The translations under genes and the position numbers were made by a program. From the NCBI GenBank assembly GCA_963783255.1, contig CAWAMP010000011.1:96257-160256 (forward strand): a DNA stretch of 64,000 nucleotides, written 5' to 3'. Below, one piece after another: positions 49,585 to 57,865 of the stretch; the stretch's first letter is position 1; every line of letters starts with the position of its first letter. Source of the DNA: an uncultured Acidobacteriota bacterium (GTDB lineage: Bacteria; Acidobacteriota; Vicinamibacteria; Vicinamibacterales; Fen-181). Below the pieces are notes generated by a model, which did not search any database, had not been told where the DNA came from, and saw nothing but the letters and a program-made list of their open reading frames with translations.

Positions 49585-50586
49585 TCAAGACACCCCCCGC
49601 GAGGCGGCCAGTTCGTCGTACAGACCGGCGTACATGGCCGCAATACGGCTCGGCTCGAAGCGTCTGGCGTTCTCGTAACCGGCCTCGATGAGTTCCGCGC
49701 GATACCTGTCGTCGTCCAGCACCCGCCGGATTCCGGATCGGATCGACGCGGCGTCGAAGGGGTCGACGAGACACGCCGCACCGTTGGCCACTTCGGGCAT
49801 CGAGCATCGGTCGCTGGTTACAACCGCTCGTCCAACCGCATTGGCCTCTACAATCGGCAGCCCGAATCCTTCATAGGTGGATGCGAGCACGACTAGGTCC
49901 GCCTCTTCATACGCTTCCACCATCTGCTGAAGGTTCGCGGCCGATGCGGAGTTGAAGCTCAACCTACTCGCGGCTAGGGCACGGTGTTGGTCGTCGCTCA
50001 GTTGCCCGATGATGCGGAGGTCGCACTCCATGCCGGCAAGCGCCTCGGCTAGGCGGACGATGTTCTTGTTGGCGGCGGTCCCCACCTGGAGGATCAACGG
50101 CCTCTTCCGCCGCCCCGTCGCTGGCGCCGGCCGGAAGGCCGGGGAGACGCAGCACGGCACGACACGAATGCGCGCCGGGTCGCGCCCCAGCAGTTCGACG
50201 AGTTCCCGTCGGGTGAACTCGGAGATCGCGGTAACCATCGCGGCGCGACGAAGGGGCACGTGGTACCACAGCAACCGGAAGAGAGCCCGCCGCAGGCCGC
50301 GCAGCCGATGCAGGCTGACACAGTCCAGCACCGTCAAGAGGGTGCGCCTGCGCTGAATGAAATAGGTGAGATAGTGGACGTCACCCGTGACGTGGTTCAC
50401 GTCGCCCTGTCGTGCGATCGCCTCGAGGGCGTTGTAGATCCTCGCCGCGATCCCCTGGCTTGGAAAGCGACTGCTCGACACCGTGCACCGAACGTGTGGC
50501 GGCATCGCGGCGCGAACGTCCGCGAACAGCCTCTCCACGCTGTGGTGCCCGACGCCGGGACGCCGCTGAAAGTGAACAACCCGCAA
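49585..50586 (-). CDS. GT-B glycosyltransferase (family 1)
   Basis: ...LVVLASTYEGFGLPIVEANAVGRAVVTSDRCSMPEV.... 333 aa. Confidence 0.75.
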   Translation of the reverse strand: MRVVHFQRRPGVGHHSVERLFADVRAAMPPHVRCTVSSSRFPSQGIAARIYNALEAIARQGDVNHVTGDVHYLTYFIQRRRTLLTVLDCVSLHRLRGLRRALFRLLWYHVPLRRAAMVTAISEFTRRELVELLGRDPARIRVVPCCVSPAFRPAPATGRRKRPLILQVGTAANKNIVRLAEALAGMECDLRIIGQLSDDQHRALAASRLSFNSASAANLQQMVEAYEEADLVVLASTYEGFGLPIVEANAVGRAVVTSDRCSMPEVANGAACLVDPFDAASIRSGIRRVLDDDRYRAELIEAGYENARRFEPSRIAAMYAGLYDELAASRGVS

Positions 50587-50849
50587 TCCGATGTCTCTGT
50601 TGTCTTCGACGAGTGACGAGCGCGAGCAGCCGCTACCTTCCCGTCGGCTTGCCGTCGCTCGTCACAGTCAAGCCACTCAGTTGCTCTCCGGCGCTAGCAG
50701 CTCAGCCACCATGCGGCCACGCCCCGCACTGCACCAGCGAGCTGGCGACCAGGGCCCTCACCTGGGCCGGAACCAGCGGCCTGGTGATAGGCGAAGATGT
50801 GGGTTATGCCGCCCATGATGGGGAGTCGCGACCGTGACCGGTCTTCGTT

Positions 50850-53168
50850 CTAGGAGCCTGCCTCGGATTTGTAGTACGAACTGTACGCCTTCCGGTAGTA
50901 GTGCGAGTAGTAGAAGGGGTTTCGCTGAACATCCACGCGATTGAGAATGCCGCCGATGAACTTCGCTTTCGCTCCCTCGAGTTGGTCGAGCGCCGCGGAG
51001 GCGATGTACTTGCTCGTCTGCTCGCAGCCGACCACGTAGACAACGCCGTCCGCGAGGTGGCCGATGATTGAGGCGTCCGTCACCGCCATCACGGGCGGCG
51101 AGTCGATGATGACGAATTCGAAGTTCTCGACGAGCGTCGAGAGGAAGTCCTTGAAGCGTGCCGAGCCGAGAAGCTCCGAGGGATTCGGCGGTGTCACGCC
51201 TGCCGGCAGGACGTAGAGATTCTGGATCGGCCCCTTTCGCACGGCGTCACTGGCTTTCGCGTTGCCGACGAGCACGTTCGAGAGTCCAGGGACTTGCTCC
51301 TGGCCAAGGACCGAGTGGACGCGCGGCTTCCGCATGTCTGCGTCCACCAGGAGCACTCGCTGGCCGGCCTGTGCAAGAGCGACGGACAGGTTCGTGGCGA
51401 CCAGGGTCTTGCCTTCGCCAGGCGCAGTGCTCGTGACGACGATCGACCGGCCTCCTTCCTCGGTTGACGAGAAGAGGATGTTGGTCCGGATCGTGCGGAA
51501 CGCCTCCGCGAAGCCGCTCGGGACGGTGTTGTGCAGGAGCGCGTCCTCGGCCTCGAATCCCTTCTGCGTGAGGGCAGGGACGAGGCCGAGAAACGGCAGC
51601 CCGAGATAGTGCTTGATCTCGTCGGGCGACTTCACCCGGTTGTCGAGGTACTCGAAGAAGAACGCGAGCCCGACCGCGAAGATCCCGCCGCCGAAGACCG
51701 CGAACAGTAGATTCCTGGGCTTGTTCGGGCTGCCGGGGCTATCCGGCACTATGGCTGCGTCCACGATTCGGATGTTGCTGGACTTGAGCTCCGCGCCGAC
51801 CTGTGTCTCTTTGGCCCGCTGCAGGAGACTGTCGTACATCTGTCGGTTCGTCGTCGCGTCCCGCTGGAGCGATCCGTAGTCGATCCCCTTCCGGCCGAGC
51901 GCCAGCGCCTCGGTCTTCTGCTGGTCGAGCGCCTCGACCAGGCTTCGCTCCTGCGCGAGAGCGGCCTCGTACTCGTTCCGGACCGATTGCACGACCTTCC
52001 CGATCTCGAGCTGGATCTTCGCGTCGGTCTGCTCGATCTGCCGTCCGAGCCGGATCATTTCGGGGTGCTTGTCGCCGTACTTCTCGCTGAGGGACGCCCG
52101 CTGTCGCTGAAGATCGGCCGCCTGCCCCTTCAGTTGCTGGATGAACGCGCTGGCGAGAATCGCCGGGAACGTGTCGAGCGCGGCACGGTCGTTCTCGATG
52201 GCCTTGACCTGGTTGTAGACCGCCTCCTTCTGCAGCCGCTCGGTCTTCGCCCGAGTGACGGCGCCGTTCAGATCGGCCAGCTTCTGCACGGTGATGTTCT
52301 GCTTGTCCTCGAGCGACACCGAGTCGGTCCGTTCGCGGTACCGCTGGAGCGCCTGCTCGCTGGTTTCGACCACCTTGCGCTGCTGGTCGAGCTGCTGCCC
52401 GAGGAAGTCGGACGCCTGCCTGGAGGATTGGAGGCGCAGTTCCAGATCCTGTTGGCTGTAGGCGTTCGCCAGGGCGTTGGCCACGACGGCCGCCAGGTGC
52501 GGGTCGGGCGATTCGAACACCACGTCCACGAGGCGGGAGTTGCGGATGGGGGAGATGGTCAGGCCGTCGAGGAGGGTATCGATGGCGGCGGATTGGGAGG
52601 GGGTTTCGGGCAGCGGAGGGGTGTTCGCGGGGCTGGAGCCCTTGGCGGGGCTGAAGCCCCGCCCCACGCCGGCCAGGAGCGGATGACTCCAGAGGTTCGC
52701 CGAGTCGAGCGTGCGCCTGGCGAGGCTGCGGCTCTGCAGGATCTTGTACTGGGTCTGGTAGTACTCCGACGTGTCCCAGCCGATCTCGCGCTGGGTCACT
52801 TCCTGGAACGGCACGACCTTCTGGTTCTCGTAGTCGATCTGGACTTGCGCGCGCGCCTGGTAGATCGGCGTCCGCGTGTAGGTGTACACGACCACCGCGA
52901 CGAAGATGACAAGGAAGGCGGTGGTCGCCATGTAGCGCCGCTTGTAGACGATCCTCACATAGTCGAGGATGTGCGGCTGGTCGCCGTGCAGCGCGGCGCC
53001 CTGGTAGCCGCTGTAGCCGGACGACGCGGGGTCGTTGGAGTCCGGCGTAGGCGGCCATGACGCGCGGTTCGATCGGCCCGTGTCGGCCTGCGCGTCAATC
53101 ATCAGCCGGTTCGAGCTGCCTGACGCCGGGCGCACGCGTTCGAAGGCGGAGAGATTGGGCGACTCCAT
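50850..53168 (-). CDS. Wzc/GumC-type polysaccharide co-polymerase with BY-kinase domain
   Basis: Wzz-like N-terminus with coiled-coil periplasmic domain. Walker A TSTAPGEGKTLVATNLSVALAQAG and VLLVDADMRKPRVH. Tyr-rich tail NPFYYSHYYRKAYSSYYKSE. Confidence 0.9.
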   Translation of the reverse strand: MESPNLSAFERVRPASGSSNRLMIDAQADTGRSNRASWPPTPDSNDPASSGYSGYQGAALHGDQPHILDYVRIVYKRRYMATTAFLVIFVAVVVYTYTRTPIYQARAQVQIDYENQKVVPFQEVTQREIGWDTSEYYQTQYKILQSRSLARRTLDSANLWSHPLLAGVGRGFSPAKGSSPANTPPLPETPSQSAAIDTLLDGLTISPIRNSRLVDVVFESPDPHLAAVVANALANAYSQQDLELRLQSSRQASDFLGQQLDQQRKVVETSEQALQRYRERTDSVSLEDKQNITVQKLADLNGAVTRAKTERLQKEAVYNQVKAIENDRAALDTFPAILASAFIQQLKGQAADLQRQRASLSEKYGDKHPEMIRLGRQIEQTDAKIQLEIGKVVQSVRNEYEAALAQERSLVEALDQQKTEALALGRKGIDYGSLQRDATTNRQMYDSLLQRAKETQVGAELKSSNIRIVDAAIVPDSPGSPNKPRNLLFAVFGGGIFAVGLAFFFEYLDNRVKSPDEIKHYLGLPFLGLVPALTQKGFEAEDALLHNTVPSGFAEAFRTIRTNILFSSTEEGGRSIVVTSTAPGEGKTLVATNLSVALAQAGQRVLLVDADMRKPRVHSVLGQEQVPGLSNVLVGNAKASDAVRKGPIQNLYVLPAGVTPPNPSELLGSARFKDFLSTLVENFEFVIIDSPPVMAVTDASIIGHLADGVVYVVGCEQTSKYIASAALDQLEGAKAKFIGGILNRVDVQRNPFYYSHYYRKAYSSYYKSEAGS
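52627..52664. repeat. REP-like palindromes inside the wzc-like coding region
   Basis: gcggggctggagccc plus ggcggggctgaagccccgcc (hairpin 52645-52662), translated in frame as ...LLAGVGRGFSPAKGSSPANTPP.... Confidence 0.75.
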
Positions 53169-54085
53169 CAGAAGTACCTCTCTGGCACGATGAGCGTGTC
53201 GCCTGGCTGCACCAGATCGGAGAGCTTCACCTTGATTTCCTTCTTCACGCCGTTCACGAGGCGAACCACCTTGATGCGGCTGGTCGAGCCGCGATCGGTC
53301 GCGCCGCCCGCAAGCGACAGCGCCTGCATCACGGTGGTCTCCTTCGCCTGCAGTGCGTAGGCGCCGGGGTTCTTCACCTGGCCGGTGACGTAGACGGTCT
53401 CGGCGCGCGGGACGAAGATGGTGTCGCCGTCGCGCAGCGAGACGTTGTTCCCCGTGCCGCTCTGCAGTTCCTTCAGGTCCACCCGCAGCGTCACCGCGCC
53501 GGCGCTGTCCCCCGGCATCACCGGGCCGCTCGCCGCCTTGCCCTCTGCGGCCCGCACGATGACCGCCTCCGCGCTCGCATTCGGCGTCGTCGAGCCCGCG
53601 CGCGAGAGCGCTTCGATCAGCGACATGTCGCCGGTGAGCGTGTACGTGCCCGGCGTGCGCACCTCGCCGACAATAAAGACGCGGCGGCTGCGGTAGGTGT
53701 CCACGGAGACGGAGAGCTGCGGGTTCTTGAAGTAGCCGTCGGCCAGGCGCCGCTTCAGCTCGGTATCGATGCCCTGCAGCGTCAGGCCGCCGGCTCGTAC
53801 CCGGCCAATGAGCGGGAACGTGATGGATCCGTCGGCCTCCACGGTGTACTTGCCGGATAGCTCGGTCTGGTCCCAGACGGTGATGGCCAGCACATCCTGC
53901 GGGCCGACGATGTAGTCGGTGGGCTGGCCGGGGGGGGGGGCCTTTGGCGGTTGGGAGAAGGACGGGGAGGCGAACAACAGGGCGAGCAGGATCGCGGCGA
54001 TCGCGGGGCTAAAGCCCCGCGCCACACCGATCAGGCCCCGCCCCACACCGACACGGCCCCGCGCTGCAGAGAATCTAGAAGCCAT
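53168..54085 (-). CDS. Wza-type polysaccharide export outer-membrane protein (Poly_export + SLBB)
   Basis: DYIVGPQDVLAITVWDQTELSGKYTVEADGSITFPLIGRVRAGGLTLQGIDTELKRRLADGYFKNPQLSVSV. SLBB-like repeats follow. The first ~24 codons are REP DNA, and an internal GTG (MARGFSPAIAAILLALLFASPSFSQ) is an alternative start. The stop overlaps the wzc-like ATG. Confidence 0.85.
   Translation of the reverse strand: MASRFSAARGRVGVGRGLIGVARGFSPAIAAILLALLFASPSFSQPPKAPPPGQPTDYIVGPQDVLAITVWDQTELSGKYTVEADGSITFPLIGRVRAGGLTLQGIDTELKRRLADGYFKNPQLSVSVDTYRSRRVFIVGEVRTPGTYTLTGDMSLIEALSRAGSTTPNASAEAVIVRAAEGKAASGPVMPGDSAGAVTLRVDLKELQSGTGNNVSLRDGDTIFVPRAETVYVTGQVKNPGAYALQAKETTVMQALSLAGGATDRGSTSRIKVVRLVNGVKKEIKVKLSDLVQPGDTLIVPERYF
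53930..53940. repeat. 11-nt G homopolymer (C11 on the coding strand) inside the wza-like gene
   Basis: The sequence reads ...ggctggcc ggggggggggg cctttgg.... It encodes PKAPPPGQP just after the signal peptide, and the frame is intact as given. Confidence 0.9.
54003..54062. repeat. REP-like element (inverted orientation)
   Basis: Palindrome gcggggctaaagccccgc (54003-54020) followed by gccacaccgatcaggccccgccccacaccgacacggccccgcgc. This is the reverse complement of the gtgtcggtgtggcgcgggg units seen at 21458-21545. Confidence 0.85.
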
Positions 54086-55313
54086 ACGTCACTGAAGAGC
54101 CGATGCGCAGGCCCTCGTACTGGTTGATCTCGATATCGGAACGGCGGGTGTAATAGTCCACGTTGACGCCGAGGCGGAGGCCCGGGCCGAGGCGGTAGCC
54201 GGCGCCCCCGCCGTAGAAGACGACGTTGTCCACCCGCCCCGCCTTCGCTGCCGGCTCCGCCGGCAGCTCCGGCGCGGCAAGCCCGATGACGAGCGCCGTC
54301 TTGTACGCCAATTGTTGGTTGCCGGCGCGGGCCTGCAGGTCCCAGGTGTTGCTCAAGCGCTGGGTGATGGTCCCGGTCAGGCCCGTCTGGATGTAGTAGG
54401 GCTCACGCTGCTCGTACGAGAACTGCACGTCGCGGTCGACCTGGACGCCGAACCGCGTGACCCCCATCAGCGTGTAGCCGAGGTTCACCGACGCCACGAC
54501 GCCCGAGTAGTCGGGAACGGTCGGGCTGTCGAACTCGAGCCGACGGTAGCCGACGCGCGCCGTCCCGTTGATGAGCGCCAGCGGCTTGAACTCGACGCCA
54601 GGCAGGAGCCTGAGGCCCGAGGAGTTCCTGACGAAGTCGTACTCGAACTTCTCGCGCACGTACTCGGTGTCGAGGAAGATGGCGGTCAGCGGCGTGAGCG
54701 CGTACCGTCCCGACACGGTGTAGACGTCCGTCCAGCGGTTGAACGTGAACCTCAGGTACACCTCGTTGAACGTCTCGGTCTCCGGGTAGTCGGTCTTCGT
54801 CCGCTTGAACGCCGCGCCAAGGGTCGTCTTGCGCGTGATCGGGAGGTCGATCCCGGCGAACGTCTTGTTCTCGATGCGCCGCACGCGCTGGTCGATCTCG
54901 TAGCCCGGCCGCTCGCGGACGTTCAGGTACCCGTAGCCGAAGTACGGCCTGAGGTGCGTGCCGCGCGTCTCGAGACGCACGCTGTCGTCGGTGTTCCACG
55001 CGCGCTCGTTCGGGTAGTTGGCGAAGTAGACGTAGCCGACCGACCCGCGCCCGACCAGCTGCAGAGGCCCCATCCGCACCCACATGTCGGCCGCCGGCGT
55101 GATGGTGGCCGTGAAGTCCCCCTTTGGGTCCTCCCACTCGTTGAAGACGTTGCTGTCCCAGCCGAGATTCGTGACCCCGACGGTCGGCGTCATCGCGAGC
55201 GCGCCGAACCGGAATCGCGCCGTCGCGAACGGGTCGGCCGGCGCATCCTGCGAGAACGCAGGCGCAGCAAGGGCGAGCAGCAGGAGTGCCGGGGCGAGGA
55301 GACGGGATGTCAC
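54075..55313 (-). CDS. outer-membrane beta-barrel protein of the polysaccharide export module
   Basis: Signal peptide MTSRLLAPALLLLALAAPAFSQ. Alternating beta-strand pattern throughout. C-terminal ...GSSVTYGF aromatic terminus. Confidence 0.65.
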   Translation of the reverse strand: MTSRLLAPALLLLALAAPAFSQDAPADPFATARFRFGALAMTPTVGVTNLGWDSNVFNEWEDPKGDFTATITPAADMWVRMGPLQLVGRGSVGYVYFANYPNERAWNTDDSVRLETRGTHLRPYFGYGYLNVRERPGYEIDQRVRRIENKTFAGIDLPITRKTTLGAAFKRTKTDYPETETFNEVYLRFTFNRWTDVYTVSGRYALTPLTAIFLDTEYVREKFEYDFVRNSSGLRLLPGVEFKPLALINGTARVGYRRLEFDSPTVPDYSGVVASVNLGYTLMGVTRFGVQVDRDVQFSYEQREPYYIQTGLTGTITQRLSNTWDLQARAGNQQLAYKTALVIGLAAPELPAEPAAKAGRVDNVVFYGGGAGYRLGPGLRLGVNVDYYTRRSDIEINQYEGLRIGSSVTYGF

Positions 55314-55330
55314 TGGATGATGCAGGAGGA

Positions 55331-55421
55331 TCGCGGCCCGCCTTCGCCGGATACGGCTTCGGCGGGCTACGGCGAGACCCGCGCCACGGTGATGCGACTA
55401 ATCGCGGGTCTAAAGACCCGC
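55331..55421. repeat. REP-like elements (variant palindrome plus ~40-nt element shared with 10085-10125)
   Basis: gcccgccttcgccggatacggcttcggcgggctacgg is the reverse complement of the element at about 10085-10125. Variant hairpin gcgggtctaaagacccgc at 55404-55421. Confidence 0.75.
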
Positions 55422-55918
55422 GCTACTTTTTCGGACTGGTGTCGGCCTTCGAGAATCAGGACGCCGGCGACGGTCTCGGCGCCGAGAGACGCGATCAGGG
55501 CGATGCCGGCGCCCGACGACCAGAAGCTGCCGCCCGCCGCGCCTGCCGCGGCCACGGCCTTCGCCGACGCCGGAAGCGTGACGACGATGCCGCCCATGGT
55601 CATCTTCTGCGCGAGGGCGATCGGGGCGCCCGCGGCCAGAACGCGATTGGCGCTGTCCACGATCTCGACGATGTAGTTGCCGGCCGGAACATTCGAGAAG
55701 ATGAACGCGCCGGTGGGCTCGGTGCGCATCACGCCCAGAACCTGGCCGTTGTCCACGTTCCGCAGCCGGACGACGACGTTGGCAGCCGGCTGGCCGCCCG
55801 CTTCCCTCGCGAAGCCGGAGATCGTGCCGGCGATCTGGGGCGCGGCCGCGAACGGCGCGGCAGGCAGGCCCAGGGCAATGAGGGCGACGATGAGCGCCGA
55901 GGCGAAGGAACGTCTCAT
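55367..55918 (-). CDS. secreted carboxypeptidase-regulatory-like (CarboxypepD_reg) domain protein
   Basis: Start at ATG 55916-55918 with signal peptide MRRSFASALIVALIALGLPAAPFAAA. ISGFAREAGGQPAANVVVRLRNVDNGQVLGVMRTEPTGAFIFSNVPAGNYIVEI. The last ~20 codons are REP DNA. Confidence 0.6.
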   Translation of the reverse strand: MRRSFASALIVALIALGLPAAPFAAAPQIAGTISGFAREAGGQPAANVVVRLRNVDNGQVLGVMRTEPTGAFIFSNVPAGNYIVEIVDSANRVLAAGAPIALAQKMTMGGIVVTLPASAKAVAAAGAAGGSFWSSGAGIALIASLGAETVAGVLILEGRHQSEKVARVFRPAISRITVARVSP

Positions 55919-56093
55919 GGCTGCCTGAACCTCACTCTGGATACTATCGATGCGCCAGCCCATCCCGTCAAGATCCGGGCCAAAACTGTGTGTCTCTCAA
56001 GAAACGGTTTGTGTCGAGAGTGATACGAGCCGTATCGTCTTGATTCTTGAACGTATCATTCTGGACACACCCGGCGCGGAGCCCGCGCACTGC

Positions 56094-57095
56094 TCAGCCG
56101 TTCGCCGCCCTCGGCGGCGGCACCTTCAGCGCGCGCATCTTCCGGTAGAGGTTCGGCCGCTGGATGCCGAGCGCGCTGGCCGCTTCGCTGATCCGGCCGC
56201 GGTGCCGCTCGAGCGCCGCGACGATGTAGTCCCGCTCGAAGCGCTCCCGCGCCTCCCGCAGCGTCCCATTCGCCAGCACCGTCCGGGCCGTTCCGTCGAT
56301 CTGCACGGCCGACAGGATGTCTTCCACCCGGAGCTGGCCGCTCGAAACCCGCGGCGCCAGGTTCTCGAGCAGCGACCGCAACTCCCGCGCGTTTCCCTGC
56401 CACGGCAGCGCCGCCAGCAGCGCCTGCGCCGGCAGGGGAATACTGATGGGGCCCAGGCCCTGCGCGGCCGACGCCTCGTTCAGCAGCGCCTGCGCGAGCG
56501 CCGGGATATCCTCGCGCCGCTGGCGCAGCGGCGGAACCTCGACGCGCAGAGCCGCGCACCGCTTCCCGAGGTCCGGACGGATGCGGCCGTCGCCAATCGC
56601 CGCGTCCCACCCGCAATCCGACACGACGGTCAGCCGCGGCTTCACCGGCACCGTGCGGCCGGCCTCCGCAACGGCGACTTCCCCGTCCCGCAGTACTCGC
56701 ACCAGGCGTGCCTGCAGCCGCGCCGGCATCTCGGCGACGTTCGCCAGGCACAGGGTGCCAGTCGCGGCATTGCAGAGCTGGCCGGATTTGCTGACTCGGT
56801 CGAGCCCCAATCGCTCGCGCCCGTTGCCGGACGAGGACGCCGGGGCCACGCCGAACACCGCCATCTCGAGGTCGCCCTCGCCAAGGCAGTCCACTTCGAC
56901 GAACGGCGCATCCCCTCCGAACGCCAGGCGATGCAGCTCGCGCGCGACCGTGCGGCGCCCGCTCCCTGGCTCGCCGCACACGAGCACGCCGTCGTGGCGG
57001 GCTGCCGCCGACCGGACGGCGTCCAGGGCGGCTCTCATCGCCGGCGAGTTGGCGACAATCATGGGGCTGGGAGTGTTCACGGCTTCGGGGCTCAA
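56094..57095 (-). CDS. degenerate sigma-54-activator-like AAA+ regulator with Fis-type HTH, no receiver domain
   Basis: SPAMRAALDAV..., with Walker A GEPGSGRRTVAREL (Lys replaced by Arg). No GAFTGA; FGVAPASSSGNG occupies that position. C-terminal HTH AASALGIQRPNLYRKMRAL. The ORF-track start is TTG 57095, and ATG 57062 (MIVANSPAM) is an alternative. Confidence 0.7.
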   Translation of the reverse strand: MSPEAVNTPSPMIVANSPAMRAALDAVRSAAARHDGVLVCGEPGSGRRTVARELHRLAFGGDAPFVEVDCLGEGDLEMAVFGVAPASSSGNGRERLGLDRVSKSGQLCNAATGTLCLANVAEMPARLQARLVRVLRDGEVAVAEAGRTVPVKPRLTVVSDCGWDAAIGDGRIRPDLGKRCAALRVEVPPLRQRREDIPALAQALLNEASAAQGLGPISIPLPAQALLAALPWQGNARELRSLLENLAPRVSSGQLRVEDILSAVQIDGTARTVLANGTLREARERFERDYIVAALERHRGRISEAASALGIQRPNLYRKMRALKVPPPRAANG

Positions 57096-57100
57096 GACAG

Positions 57101-57149
57101 TCTTGAGTTCTGAGTTCTGAGTTCTGAGTCTTGAGTCTTGAGTCTTGGG
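57101..57149. repeat. 7-nt tandem array TCTTGAG/TTCTGAG (7 units), second copy
   Basis: tcttgag ttctgag ttctgag ttctgag tcttgag tcttgag tcttggg. It is preceded by ctcaaga, the reverse complement of one unit. Confidence 0.9.
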
Positions 57150-57159
57150 CGCTGCGGGG

Positions 57160-57795
57160 CTACCTGGCAGGCGCCGGAACGAAGTTGCCGGCGCCCTGGG
57201 GGTCCACCTCGACCAGGACCTGGCCGCCGGGCAGGTAGACGAGGCGGCGCGTCGGGACGCCCCGGTGCTTCTCGTCGAAGGCGACCATCGTCAGGCCGCC
57301 ATCCCGATACGTTTCCCACTTGTCGATGCGCCCCGCGCCCTGCATATCTTCCTCGGCCCGGACGAGGACGCCGGCGTCGTAGAACTCGCTGCGGGTCACC
57401 CGGCCGTCGCGCTTCGTCGAAAGGTCCATTCGGGCGATAGTGCCGTCCGGCGCCGGGTAGGCCCAGGCATCCGCCGTCCCGTCGTTGGCGCGCGACATCC
57501 CAATCTTCTCGACCCGCTGGTCGGCGCCGTAGTACTCCCAGCGGTCCACGCGGCCGTCACCGTCGCGGTCGACCTCGATTCGGACGATGCGCGCGCCGTC
57601 CATGTAGCTCCAGGTGTCGGTCTTCCCGTCCCCCTTCGAATCCAGGGTCACCATCGTCAGCTTCCCGGTCTGCTTGTCGTAGACCGGCTTCGGCCGGCCC
57701 TTGGAGCGGACCGGCTCAACCACGCCGCGCGCGCAGCCCGTGCCGAACGCGCCGGACGCAAGGATGGCGGCCAGTGCCAGAGCGGCGAACCTCAT
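57160..57795 (-). CDS. lipoprotein with repeated DxDGDGxxDxW-type motifs
   Basis: Lipobox LASGAFGTGC. Repeats LDSKGDGKTDTWSY and VDRDGDGRVDRWEYY, plus the degenerate RANDGTADAWAY and MQGAGRIDKWETY. Confidence 0.6.
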   Translation of the reverse strand: MRFAALALAAILASGAFGTGCARGVVEPVRSKGRPKPVYDKQTGKLTMVTLDSKGDGKTDTWSYMDGARIVRIEVDRDGDGRVDRWEYYGADQRVEKIGMSRANDGTADAWAYPAPDGTIARMDLSTKRDGRVTRSEFYDAGVLVRAEEDMQGAGRIDKWETYRDGGLTMVAFDEKHRGVPTRRLVYLPGGQVLVEVDPQGAGNFVPAPAR

Positions 57796-57865
57796 GAGTT
57801 GTATGGACAGCTTCGCCCCGTGACTTACAGGGGCGGTCCTCTGGGAAGAACCGCGGCGAGAGCGC

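Noticed and set aside
55968-55982. Sigma-54-like motif TGGCCC-N5-TTGA upstream of the export-gene block
   Set aside because: The critical GC of the -12 element is GA and the -24 element is imperfect. It is mentioned only under the degenerate-activator finding.
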